Made by a program: the position numbers and the translations under genes
The notes under the pieces: generated by a model
What the model was told of the DNA's origin: nothing
Databases searched by the model: none
Seen by the model: the letters and a program-made list of their open reading frames with translations, nothing else
Part shown: piece by piece, positions 17,555 to 26,614 of the stretch
How the letters are laid out: each line of letters opens with the position of its first letter
Numbering within the stretch: the stretch's first letter is position 1
Assembly (NCBI GenBank): GCA_002375995.1
Contig: DFNI01000011.1
Location: 13,333 to 77,332, forward strand
Origin: Acetothermia bacterium UBA3571
GTDB lineage: Bacteria > Bipolaricaulota > Bipolaricaulia > Bipolaricaulales > Bipolaricaulaceae
Length of the DNA stretch: 64,000 bases
Direction of reading: 5' to 3'

Positions 17555-18769
17555 ATGGAAAAAACACAAGAAATCCTGGAGACGATCCGAAAGGACACCG
17601 GGGGACTACGCCCCCACTACGAACGCTACTCCCTCTTGGCAGTGGCCGATACCATCCTCGATATATTCGATGTGCCCCAGGGGGGTCGGTCGCTGCGGGA
17701 GGAATTGGGGATCGCGCGGGCCGAGAAGGCGGTGAGCTTCATCGTGGACGGGCTGGGGTACCTCAAGCTAGAGGACCTCGTTGAGAAAGGCCTCGTGGAC
17801 CTTTCACTTTTTGACGTCTATATTCCACTCACCTCGGTCTTTCCTCCCACCACTACCACCGCGCTCACGAGCCTCTCCACCGGGGTGAGCCCCGTCGTCC
17901 ACGGGATCCTGGGCTACAAGCTCTTCCTCCGCGAGGTCGGCGCGGTGGTGAACATGATCAAACTCTCTACCCCCGGCGCCCCCAGTGACTCCATCAAGAA
18001 CGTGGGCGTGGAGTTGGAAAAGTTCGTCGCCGTTCCCACCATTTACGAGCGCCTGAAGGAGAGAGGGGTGAAGTCATATCTCTTTTTGCCCAAGTACATC
18101 GTGAATTCCGGGCTTTCGGGAATACTGTATCGTGGTGTAGAAGAGATCGTTCCCTTCATCAGCCTTTCCGACCTCTTCGTGTTGTTGAAGGAAGCGTTAC
18201 AACGGCCGGAGAGGGCATTGCTGGGGGTGTACTGGCCGGTCACCGACACCCTAGGGCACCTTTACGGCCCTGAGTCGGAGCCGTTTTCCCGGGAAGTTTC
18301 CCTATTTTTCCGCACTATGGCTGAGGCCTTCCTGGGACGAGGAACGGGAGTTCCGGTATTGGTGACCGCGGACCACGGGTTCGTGGGGATAGACCCTGAG
18401 GCTGACCTCATCGACGTCAAAGCGAGTCCAGAGCTCATGAGCTCCATTATCTTTCAGCCCGTGGGCGATTTGCGCGCGGGGTACTTCTTCGTGCGGGAGG
18501 GAAAGAAGGAGGTGGTGCGGGAGTACCTCGAGCGGAAGTATCCCGGGGAATTCCTGGTGATGGACACCGAGGAGGCCTTGGAGGGGAAGCTCTGGGGGCT
18601 GGAGGAGCCCGATGAGGGGGTGCGGGCGCGCCTGGGGAATATTGTGGCGCTGGCCCGGGGACGGAAGCTCTTTTTCTGGCCGGAAGGCGAGGAGTTCGTA
18701 CTGCGCGGGATGCACGGCGGGCTCACCGATCGAGAACTCCTCGTCCCTTTCCTCATCTCCCATGCATGA
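17555..18769 (+). CDS. Alkaline phosphatase superfamily / type I nucleotide pyrophosphatase-phosphodiesterase-like protein
   Basis: PPTTTTALTSLSTGVSPVVHGILGY (metal-ligand Thr nucleophile region) and VTADHG are typical of the NPP/AlkP-core family; start taken at the internal ATG (MEKTQEI). Confidence 0.75.
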   Translation: MEKTQEILETIRKDTGGLRPHYERYSLLAVADTILDIFDVPQGGRSLREELGIARAEKAVSFIVDGLGYLKLEDLVEKGLVDLSLFDVYIPLTSVFPPTTTTALTSLSTGVSPVVHGILGYKLFLREVGAVVNMIKLSTPGAPSDSIKNVGVELEKFVAVPTIYERLKERGVKSYLFLPKYIVNSGLSGILYRGVEEIVPFISLSDLFVLLKEALQRPERALLGVYWPVTDTLGHLYGPESEPFSREVSLFFRTMAEAFLGRGTGVPVLVTADHGFVGIDPEADLIDVKASPELMSSIIFQPVGDLRAGYFFVREGKKEVVREYLERKYPGEFLVMDTEEALEGKLWGLEEPDEGVRARLGNIVALARGRKLFFWPEGEEFVLRGMHGGLTDRELLVPFLISHA

Positions 18770-19134
18770 AAGGAGGCTCCATGGCGGTGGTCAAGCGGAT
18801 CTCTGAGGTGGAGGCACGGGACATCTCCGATGGCACGGAGGTCGTCAACGTGGTGAAACAGCTGCTCATCGGGCCCAAAGACGGGGCCCCCACGTTTGCG
18901 GTGCGGCTCTTCACGTTGGGCGCGGGAGGACATACCCCGAAACACAGCCATCCCTTCGAGCACGGGGTGTTGGTGTTGGAGGGAAAAGGAGAGCTGTGGA
19001 CCGAGCAAGGAACCCACGGGCTCTTCCCTGGCACGGTGGTCTTCGTCGCCCCAAATGAGAATCACCAGTTTTTGAACACCGGGTCCAGTCCCCTCAAGTT
19101 CATTTGTATCGTGCCCAAGCACGTGGAGGAGTAA
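18766..19134 (+). CDS. Cupin domain protein
   Basis: Cupin_2 motifs (HSHPFEHGVLVLEG...GTVVFVAPNENHQF); 4-bp overlap with the upstream gene. Confidence 0.75.
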   Translation: MKGGSMAVVKRISEVEARDISDGTEVVNVVKQLLIGPKDGAPTFAVRLFTLGAGGHTPKHSHPFEHGVLVLEGKGELWTEQGTHGLFPGTVVFVAPNENHQFLNTGSSPLKFICIVPKHVEE

Positions 19135-19141
19135 GCGGCGT

Positions 19142-20191
19142 ATGGCCGAAAAGGTCCTCGTGGGGATGTCGGGGGGCGTAGACTCCACTGTCTGCGCCTA
19201 TCTCCTTTTGGAGCAGGACTACCGCGTGTACGGCCTCACCCTCTGGCTTTGGGATCCCAAGGGGCCATATGAGAACCAGTGCTGTTCTGTAGACGCGGCT
19301 TCCTTGGCTGCCAGGGAGCTCGGCATCCCCCACGAGACCGTTCAAGCCCACCGGGAGTTCCGCAAGCTCGTGATCGAGCCCGCCCTGCGGGCATACAGGG
19401 AAGGGAAAACGCCCAATCCGTGTACCTTCTGCAACCGCGAGGTGAGGTTCGCCCTCCTTTTACGGGAAGCCGAGAAACGCGGCATCCCCTACATCGCCAC
19501 CGGCCACCACGCGAGGATCCGCGAGCGAGGCGGAAAGCGTGTTCTCCTGAGGGGACGGGATCCGACAAAGGACCAATCCTACTTCCTTTATTCGCTTACC
19601 CAAGAAGAGCTTTCCCAGGCCATTTTTCCCATAGGGGAGCTGACCAAAGAGGAGGTCAAGCGGATCGCCCGGGAGAAGGGCTTCACCGCCGCTTACCTCC
19701 ACGAATCCCAGGACCTCTGCTTCGCGCCGCGGGGGATCGGGGAGCTCGTCCCGGATGCCCCATCGGGCCCCATTGTGGACCTTTCAGGAAGAGTTTTGGG
19801 CTCACACAGAGGGCTTCCCCACTATACCGTGGGCCAGCGGCGGGGCCTGGGGATTTCCACCGGCGAGCCCCTGTATGTGGTGGCCCTGGATCCGGTTCGG
19901 AACGCAGTGGTGGTGGGGCCGGAGAGCGCCCTTTACGCCGAGGGCCTTGTGGCGGGGGAGCTTACCTGGATCGTCGGGGAGCCCCCGGGGGAGCAGTTCT
20001 CCTGCGAGGTACAGATCAGGTACCGGGCTTCCCCGGTGCGTTGCGAAGTAGAACTCCGGGATAACAAAGCTTACGTCAAGTTCGAGAAGGCCCAGCGGGC
20101 GGTGACCCCCGGCCAGGCAGCGGTCTTCTACCGCGGGGAGGAGGTCCTGGGCGGCGGCGTCATCGAACGCCCCCTGAAAGGGGGGCCTTAG
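19142..20191 (+). CDS. mnmA: tRNA-specific 2-thiouridylase MnmA
   Basis: PP-loop (VGMSGGVDSTV), the catalytic Cys region, and overall MnmA architecture. Confidence 0.9.
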   Translation: MAEKVLVGMSGGVDSTVCAYLLLEQDYRVYGLTLWLWDPKGPYENQCCSVDAASLAARELGIPHETVQAHREFRKLVIEPALRAYREGKTPNPCTFCNREVRFALLLREAEKRGIPYIATGHHARIRERGGKRVLLRGRDPTKDQSYFLYSLTQEELSQAIFPIGELTKEEVKRIAREKGFTAAYLHESQDLCFAPRGIGELVPDAPSGPIVDLSGRVLGSHRGLPHYTVGQRRGLGISTGEPLYVVALDPVRNAVVVGPESALYAEGLVAGELTWIVGEPPGEQFSCEVQIRYRASPVRCEVELRDNKAYVKFEKAQRAVTPGQAAVFYRGEEVLGGGVIERPLKGGP

Positions 20192-20265
20192 CCTACGGGA
20201 AGCGGCCCCGAGGTCAGCTACACGATCAAAGGGGACGTCACTCCCAGTCCCGTTCGGGGTGAAAC

Positions 20266-20300
20266 CAAAAAGGAGGCCGGGGATCCCGGCCTCCGGGTTT
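20266..20300. terminator. Bidirectional rho-independent terminator (AAAAA-GGAGGCCGGG-gatc-CCGGCCTCC-GGGTTT) between the convergent mnmA and TIP49 genes
   Basis: Perfect 10-bp stem flanked by an A-run and a T-run. Confidence 0.6.
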
Positions 20301-20327
20301 GCTCGCAAATCGGTCCGAAAGCTCGCG

Positions 20328-21689
20328 TTACGCCAGGAGCCTTTCCTCGTATTCCCGCAGATATCGGGTGCTCTTCCTCACGTCGGCAAAAAGCCCCTTC
20401 ACGCGCTCCACGTCCTCGGGGGTTATCTTCCCGTGGCCGTTTTCTCTGGCCACTTCCGCCGCGGGCCGAATCATCTGAACCGCATACCGAAGCGAGCTTT
20501 CGGCCCCGATCCGAGTTAGGAGTTCCAGCGCCTCCTCCTCGGCTTCCACCCCTTCCTCACGCATCCTGATCGTTAAGATCTCTCGGACTTCCTCGGCCTT
20601 ATAGGGACGCGTGGTGATGATGAGGAGGCGATCCAGGAGGTCCAGAGGGATCCCGTGGGGGGAAGAAATATCGGTCCCCCGGACCTTGGTCACGCCGCGG
20701 TTGCTGGCGAGGATGATCACCGGGGCCAGTTCCGATTCCATGGCCCGATTGAGGAAGGCGAAGGCTTCGATATCCAGCATGGCCACTTCATCTATGAAAA
20801 GGACCCCGGGTATGATCTCGGCGGTCCCCTCTTCTACCCTCTCCTTCACCATCTCGTCTACCCGCTGCCGCACCTCGGGATCGATCTCGGCACGCTCGGG
20901 GGCCCCGAAGAAAAGGGAAAGCATTCCCCCGCCCCGACGGGCGTTTATCTCGTCCAGGTCGTTCAGGGTCATGGTGTAGACGAACTCCTTTTCTTTCTCC
21001 ACCGGCCCGGTGGGACGGGGGACCGGCTTCTCGGAGGCCGCGGCGATCTCGTACGTCTCGGAAGCCTTCTCGGAACGCCCCACGCGGATCACGCGGCCCG
21101 TTTCCGCATCGATCTGGATCACGTCGCCCATGGAGATCCCCTGGTTGATCATGGAGACAGTAATGGAGCTTCCCACGTTAAAGGTGCGCCGGTCGTCGGT
21201 GGTCTCCAGGGTCAGGCGGGCGGACTCGGGGATCTGTTGGTAGGGGTTATAGGGATGGCGAGCGAGCTTCACATCGAAGGCAGTCACCTCGCCCTCGTAG
21301 ACCTTGCGGAGCTCGTGGAGCCTGACGCCGATGGCCTTACGCATGGCCTGCATGAGGACCTCCGTTTTCTTCATCTCCGCGGAGTAGATCTCGGACCCGC
21401 TCAAGGAAACAAACGGGACATCGGCCCCGAGCTCCCGGGCGATGGCGATAGCGATGGCTGTCTTCCCCGTGCCCGGAGGACCGGCCAGGAGGATGGCCCG
21501 GCCGGCCATCCGGCCTTCTTTTATCATGCGGACCACGATCCCCGCGGCCTCCCGGGCCTCGGTCTGTCCCACCATACCGTCGGCCACGGGGCGGGCCTTG
21601 AGGCCATCCAACCCTAAGCCCTTGATGTGGCTGTGGGCGCCGATCCTCTCGAATTTCTCACCGGAAATGGGTTTTATCTCCGCCGCCAT
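20328..21689 (-). CDS. TIP49/RuvB-like (RuvBL1/2, Pontin/Reptin-type) AAA+ ATPase
   Basis: Near-colinear match to RuvBL N-terminus (IGAHSHIKGLGLD...GQTEAREAAGIVVRMIKEGRMAGRAILLAGPPGTGKTAIAIAIARELG...FVSLSGSEIYSAEMKKTEVLMQAMRKAIGVR); Walker B (FIDEVAMLD); about 450 aa with the domain II insertion. Confidence 0.85.
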   Translation of the reverse strand: MAAEIKPISGEKFERIGAHSHIKGLGLDGLKARPVADGMVGQTEAREAAGIVVRMIKEGRMAGRAILLAGPPGTGKTAIAIAIARELGADVPFVSLSGSEIYSAEMKKTEVLMQAMRKAIGVRLHELRKVYEGEVTAFDVKLARHPYNPYQQIPESARLTLETTDDRRTFNVGSSITVSMINQGISMGDVIQIDAETGRVIRVGRSEKASETYEIAAASEKPVPRPTGPVEKEKEFVYTMTLNDLDEINARRGGGMLSLFFGAPERAEIDPEVRQRVDEMVKERVEEGTAEIIPGVLFIDEVAMLDIEAFAFLNRAMESELAPVIILASNRGVTKVRGTDISSPHGIPLDLLDRLLIITTRPYKAEEVREILTIRMREEGVEAEEEALELLTRIGAESSLRYAVQMIRPAAEVARENGHGKITPEDVERVKGLFADVRKSTRYLREYEERLLA

Positions 21690-21968
21690 CCTGCACCTCC
21701 TTCCGGATAAGCACCGTCCGGAAACCCGAAGGATCGTTGGGATCGTCCAAGTAAAGGGCGCTTTTTATCGCTAGCCGGGCCCAGGATTTCGGGCCTCCCG
21801 AGCCCTGTCCCACTTTCCCACCAATTATAGAAAAACTTTGCAAAGGTAGCAGTGCAAGGTTTTTTTCGCTTTCCCTACGCCCACGGTCCAGGGAGGACCG
21901 AGCTATCCTGGGCCTCCACAAGCGAACGGTACCATTGACCCTTGCGGTTCCTGGCGTAAAAGTAGGTT

Positions 21969-22760
21969 GTGTTTCTGAGAAGGTTCAAGCGGAGGAGATT
22001 GCGATCTTCGGAATTTCCCGCTTCCTGGGTTTCCACCTTGGAGCGGAACTTCCTCCATTATCGACTGCTTCCGGAAGAAGACCTGCAGGAGCTCTTCGGC
22101 CACATCCTCGTCTTCCTCCACGAGAAGAAGTTCTTCGGGGGCGGCGGATTCGAGGTGACGGAAGAGGTGAAGGTGACGGTGGCGGCGTATGCCTGTTTAC
22201 TTCTTTTGCACCGGGAGACCAATTACTTCCCGCGCATGCGCACCGTGGTGGTTTACCCTACCGAGTACCTAGCCCCCTATCGGGAGGAAGATCCCATCGG
22301 CGTGGTGGTGGAGGGATACCAGGTCCGATCTGGGGAGGCGTGGCAGCGGGGGCCGGTGGTGTTGTCGTGGGAGGCGGTGTTGCGGGACTCCCAGCGGGCC
22401 CGGGGATGCCGGCACGTGGTGATCCACGAGTTCGCGCACCAGCTGGATTACGAGAGCGGGAGCGCCGAGGGGACACCGGCCATCGGGGGAAGGTTGCCGG
22501 CGGAGGAATGGCGCCGGGTGATGCGGGCGGAATACCGACGCCTGCGCCGGGAAGCTCTCTTGGGGAGGCCCACCCTCCTCGATCGCTATGGGACCACGAG
22601 CCCTGCGGAGTTCTTCGCCGTGGCGGTGGAGGCGTTCTTCATGTGCCCCCAAAGGCTTCACCAACGGCATCCCGACCTCTACAGGTCTTTGGCGACGTTC
22701 TTCCGCCAGAACCCTGCCACGGACTGGCATCATCCGCCCGAGGTGGAGAAGCTGGGCTGA
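21969..22760 (+). CDS. MtfA-like zinc-dependent peptidase (Peptidase_M90 family)
   Basis: HExxH motif (VIHEFAHQLD) in an MtfA-like context (GEAWQRGPVVLSWEAV). Confidence 0.7.
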   Translation: MFLRRFKRRRLRSSEFPASWVSTLERNFLHYRLLPEEDLQELFGHILVFLHEKKFFGGGGFEVTEEVKVTVAAYACLLLLHRETNYFPRMRTVVVYPTEYLAPYREEDPIGVVVEGYQVRSGEAWQRGPVVLSWEAVLRDSQRARGCRHVVIHEFAHQLDYESGSAEGTPAIGGRLPAEEWRRVMRAEYRRLRREALLGRPTLLDRYGTTSPAEFFAVAVEAFFMCPQRLHQRHPDLYRSLATFFRQNPATDWHHPPEVEKLG

Positions 22761-22774
22761 AAAAGGAGGAAAAA

Positions 22775-23638
22775 ATGCGGCTTCCTAGTATCTTCGCGGT
22801 CTTCCTGCTTTTAAATCTCTCCACGATGGGGGAAGAACTCGTGGAGAGCACGGGGCTTTGGGCCGTCGACGGCGACACCATCGTGGTGGAGATAGCCGGC
22901 AAACGGGATGAGCTTAGGATCATGGGGATTGACGCGGTGGAGCGGCAAGGATGCTTAGGGAAGGAAGCGGTGGAGTTTGCGCAGGGATTGATAACGCGCA
23001 CTCTCTGGCTCGAGCTCGATCCGGAAAAGGGCCTCGAGCGCCGGGACCGGAACGGGAGGCTCCTCGCCCACGTCTTCCTTGCCCCGGTACAGACCCCGGG
23101 GTCGTCGCTGGCCGTAACCTTGGTCAGGGAAGGCTTCGCCAAGCTGGACGTCCGGGACGTGAAGGACATCTGGGGCGAGGACTATTTCGATATCCGCTAT
23201 ACCCCTTGGATCATCCACGCGCAGATCCTGGCCGCCCTCGAGAGGCAAGGGTGGTGGGGAGAATGTGACCCCCTCCTCGATGCGGACCTCGTGATCGCGG
23301 CGATAAAACATTGGGGAAATGATGAAATCGTGTACATCGTGAACCGTGGAAACGAGGTTCTGGACCTTGCCGCCGGTTGGGCCCTCACCAGCCATCCTTC
23401 ACAGGCCCTGGATTTCGGCCGCTATACCCGCGAGCTCCTCCTCCCGCCCGGTTGGATCCTCCGGGTTCACACCGGCCCGATTAACTCCGGTCGCAAGGGG
23501 GAGTTCGTGGTGAACCGAGAGGCAGGGCTCATCGATTGGTACTGGACCGGGCGAAAGATCTGGCGTCGTGAGGGAGATGTGGCGCAGCTGATCTTTGGTG
23601 AAACTGTGGTGTATGAATATCGCTACCCCGAGCGTTAA
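22775..23638 (+). CDS. Secreted staphylococcal-nuclease (SNase/thermonuclease)-like protein with a C-terminal domain of unknown function
   Basis: Signal peptide; SNase-like segment (VDGDTIVVE...IRIMGIDAVERQG...RLLAHVF); start at MRLPSIF with RBS AAAAGGAGGA. Confidence 0.6.
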   Translation: MRLPSIFAVFLLLNLSTMGEELVESTGLWAVDGDTIVVEIAGKRDELRIMGIDAVERQGCLGKEAVEFAQGLITRTLWLELDPEKGLERRDRNGRLLAHVFLAPVQTPGSSLAVTLVREGFAKLDVRDVKDIWGEDYFDIRYTPWIIHAQILAALERQGWWGECDPLLDADLVIAAIKHWGNDEIVYIVNRGNEVLDLAAGWALTSHPSQALDFGRYTRELLLPPGWILRVHTGPINSGRKGEFVVNREAGLIDWYWTGRKIWRREGDVAQLIFGETVVYEYRYPER

Positions 23639-23641
23639 GAC

Positions 23642-24802
23642 TCAACGCTTTCGACGCTGAAGCGCAGCCTCGAGGGAGCGGATGAGCCGAGCCACGGAAT
23701 CGGTGCGGAGTTCGATGGCACCGTATCGGCAGGCTTCGTGACAGCACATACACCGAATGCAACTCCGCCGATCTATCCGCGCGCGCCCGCCGTCGATCGC
23801 GGCGGCCCCTGTGGGGCAGGCGCGCACACAGGCCCCGCAGCCCACGCACCTTTCCAACACCACCACGGGACGTGCCTGTAGGTGCCGGGTGGCCCAGCGG
23901 GTAAGGATCCGGGGGAGGCGCCCCAATGCCTCCCCCGCTGCCGGTGGCAACCGGAAATTCTCCACCCTAACCGAGGCCATCTCCTCTCCCACGACCTCGA
24001 TCTCCGCAGGATCCCCGGTCCCTAAGCCCCGGTCGTGGGCGTGGCGGGTGGTCCAGACCCGCAGGGGCTCGAGACCCACGATGGACTGGGCCACGGCATC
24101 CACCGCCACCGCGTCTTCCCCAGCGACGATGAGACCGATCTCCCGGGGGGCCCCGTTGGCGGGCCCAGCGCCCTCCATTCCCACCACTGCGTCCATAATC
24201 GTGAGGGCTGGCCGCGCTACTGAGAAGATGTCTACGAGGAGTTGGCAGAACTCCGCGGGTCGAGGATGGTCCCCGTGGAACCGGGTGCGGAGCCCCGCGG
24301 GGACGACGCCGTAAAAGTTCTTCACCGCACCGGTGAACAAGGTGAGGGAGTGGGTCTTGAGCTTGGGGAGGTTCACAATTACGTCAACCTCGAGAAGGGC
24401 TCTGGCAATATAGACCTTATCCAAAACCGCGCCGTCCACCTCAACCTCTGTAAACCCCTTTTCCCGCAGATTCAGAAGCTCCACTCCCAACCGGGCGCAG
24501 GTCTCGCGGTAGCCGGAGACCTCAAAGCTTCGGGGGTCGTGCACGTCGTCCCCCACAGTGATGTGAGGGGTGATCTCGCGCAGGAGGGAAAGGACGGCCT
24601 CCGTGAAGGCCGGGTGGGTAATAATGGCGCGTTCCGGGGGCGAGGGCGGTGGGAGGAGGTTCACCTTCACGAACACCTCGGCGCCCCGGGAGACAAACCG
24701 CTCCAAGCCCCCGATCATATCCAGGGCACGCCCCACCGCGTCGCGCAGCCCGGAGGACCTATAGCCTTCCGCCCGCACCACCGCCACCCGGGTGTTGGCC
24801 AT
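23642..24802 (-). CDS. DUF362 domain protein with a C-terminal 2x[4Fe-4S] ferredoxin domain
   Basis: DUF362 N-terminal region; CxxCxxCxxxCP motifs (CVGCGACVRACP; CIRCMCCHEACRYG). Confidence 0.7.
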   Translation of the reverse strand: MANTRVAVVRAEGYRSSGLRDAVGRALDMIGGLERFVSRGAEVFVKVNLLPPPSPPERAIITHPAFTEAVLSLLREITPHITVGDDVHDPRSFEVSGYRETCARLGVELLNLREKGFTEVEVDGAVLDKVYIARALLEVDVIVNLPKLKTHSLTLFTGAVKNFYGVVPAGLRTRFHGDHPRPAEFCQLLVDIFSVARPALTIMDAVVGMEGAGPANGAPREIGLIVAGEDAVAVDAVAQSIVGLEPLRVWTTRHAHDRGLGTGDPAEIEVVGEEMASVRVENFRLPPAAGEALGRLPRILTRWATRHLQARPVVVLERCVGCGACVRACPTGAAAIDGGRARIDRRSCIRCMCCHEACRYGAIELRTDSVARLIRSLEAALQRRKR

Positions 24803-24823
24803 CGCCTACGGAACTAGGGACCT

Positions 24824-26080
24824 TTACCCTATGAGCTTTCGGGGATCGGTGATCTTCCCGGTGACGGCGGCCGCGGCGGCCACCGCGGGGGAGGCCAGGT
24901 ACACCTCGGCCTCCGGGGACCCCATCCGGCCCTTGAAGTTCCGGTTGGAGGTGGAGACGCAGGCCTCGCCCGGGGCCAACACTCCCTCATGGGCCCCGAG
25001 ACACGGCCCGCACCCGGGGTTCAGGACCAACGCCCCCGCGGCGGCGAATCTCTCGAGCAGACCCTCCTTGGCCGCCTCGACCCACACCTCCCGCGATGCC
25101 GGGAGCACCAGCATCCGGACCCCCTCAGCCACCGGACGCTCCCCCATCACCTCCGCCGCCAGCCTCAGATCCTCTAGTCGGCCGTTGGTGCAGGTTCCCA
25201 GGACCACCTGGTCCACTTTTATCCCCTCCACCTCGGAGACCGGCACCACGTTGTCCACGGTGTGGGGACAAGCCACCTGGGGCGGAAGGTCCGAAAGATC
25301 GAACCGATACACCTCCTCATAATCCGCGTCGGGGTCGGGATAGATGGGCTCGTAATCGGTGACCCCCCGCTCTCGGAGGTACGAGAAGGTGGTCTCGTCG
25401 GGGGCGACGTAGCCGTTCTTGGCCCCCATCTCCGCGGCCATGTTGCAGAGGACGAGCCGCTCGGAGATGGACATCCCCTCCACCAGCGGGCCGGCGAACT
25501 CCACCGAACGGTAGAGGGCCCCGTCGGCCCCGAGCTTTCCGATGAGGTGGAGGATCACGTCCTTGGCCACAACAAGCTCCGGGAGCGTCCCGGAAAGCTC
25601 GATCCTGATGGTGGTGGGGACCTTGAGCCAGAGCTTCGAGGTGGCCCACAAGGCCGCCATCTCGGAGCGGCCGATCCCGGCGGAGAACGCCCCCAACGCC
25701 CCGTAGGTGGTGGTGTGGGAGTCCGCCCCCAGGATCAGCCACCCGGGGCGCGCCAATCCCTCCTCCACCACCACCTGGTGGCACACACCCCGGCCAACGT
25801 CGTAGAACCGGATCCCCTGCGCCCGCACGAACTCCCGGATCTCCTTGTGGTTCTCAGCGTACTGCACCTGGGCGGCGGGGACGACATGGTCCAGGATCAC
25901 CACGAACCGCTCCGGCTCCCGCACCCGCGCTAGGCCCAGTTTCCCGAAGATCTTCTTGATGGCGGCGGTGTTGTCGTGGGACATCCCCAGGTCCGGAGTG
26001 GCCTCCACGATCTGTCCCGGGACGGCCTCCCGAAGCTCCGCCTTCCGCGCCAGGATCTTCTCCGCGAACGTCTTCCCCAT
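24824..26080 (-). CDS. Aconitase-family dehydratase large subunit (3-isopropylmalate dehydratase/homoaconitase LeuC-type)
   Basis: MGKTFAEKIL start and the Fe-S Cys ligand regions (GTCTNGR, NPGCGPCLG) typical of the short archaeal-type LeuC/HACN large subunit; no small subunit is adjacent. Confidence 0.8.
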   Translation of the reverse strand: MGKTFAEKILARKAELREAVPGQIVEATPDLGMSHDNTAAIKKIFGKLGLARVREPERFVVILDHVVPAAQVQYAENHKEIREFVRAQGIRFYDVGRGVCHQVVVEEGLARPGWLILGADSHTTTYGALGAFSAGIGRSEMAALWATSKLWLKVPTTIRIELSGTLPELVVAKDVILHLIGKLGADGALYRSVEFAGPLVEGMSISERLVLCNMAAEMGAKNGYVAPDETTFSYLRERGVTDYEPIYPDPDADYEEVYRFDLSDLPPQVACPHTVDNVVPVSEVEGIKVDQVVLGTCTNGRLEDLRLAAEVMGERPVAEGVRMLVLPASREVWVEAAKEGLLERFAAAGALVLNPGCGPCLGAHEGVLAPGEACVSTSNRNFKGRMGSPEAEVYLASPAVAAAAAVTGKITDPRKLIG

Positions 26081-26083
26081 GGC

Positions 26084-26614
26084 TCACCCCCCCACGGTCT
26101 CGAAGCAGGTAAAGTCGGCGTGGTGGATCACCACGCCCTCGGGGGTGCGGGGATGGGGGTCGCCCTCCTTGGAATGGGTCCCGATGATGTGGAGGACCTC
26201 CGGGGGAAGCCCCTCGGCATACGCCAGCGCCACCCCGGAGAAGGGGTGCCGCAGGACCTTTCCGCCGGCGGACTTCTGGAACTTCCCGTCCCGCTCCTCT
26301 ATCTCCAGGAGCTTTCCCACGTCGTGGAGCAGCGCCCCCGCGAGCAAAACGTCCCGGCGGAGCCGCACCCGGTCCCCGAAGACCTCGGCGAAAGTCTCAT
26401 AGACCCCGTGGGCAATACGAGTCACGGCCCGGACGTGGTCGGCGTAAGAGAGCCCCGTCTCTTTCAGGAGCGTGAACGGGATCCGCTCCATGTCCGCCGG
26501 GGTCCACCCGCCCTCCCGCAGGGCCCGCTCGTAGGTGTGGATCACCCCCTCCCGCAAGCCTTCATCCTCGATCCACCCGATCTCGGGGAGTACCCGCAGG
26601 ATCTCGTCCCTCAT
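26084..26614 (-). CDS. HD-domain metal-dependent phosphohydrolase
   Basis: HD motif (LLHDVGK...H...D); start at MRDEIL overlaps the citF stop (ATGA). Confidence 0.65.
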   Translation of the reverse strand: MRDEILRVLPEIGWIEDEGLREGVIHTYERALREGGWTPADMERIPFTLLKETGLSYADHVRAVTRIAHGVYETFAEVFGDRVRLRRDVLLAGALLHDVGKLLEIEERDGKFQKSAGGKVLRHPFSGVALAYAEGLPPEVLHIIGTHSKEGDPHPRTPEGVVIHHADFTCFETVGG

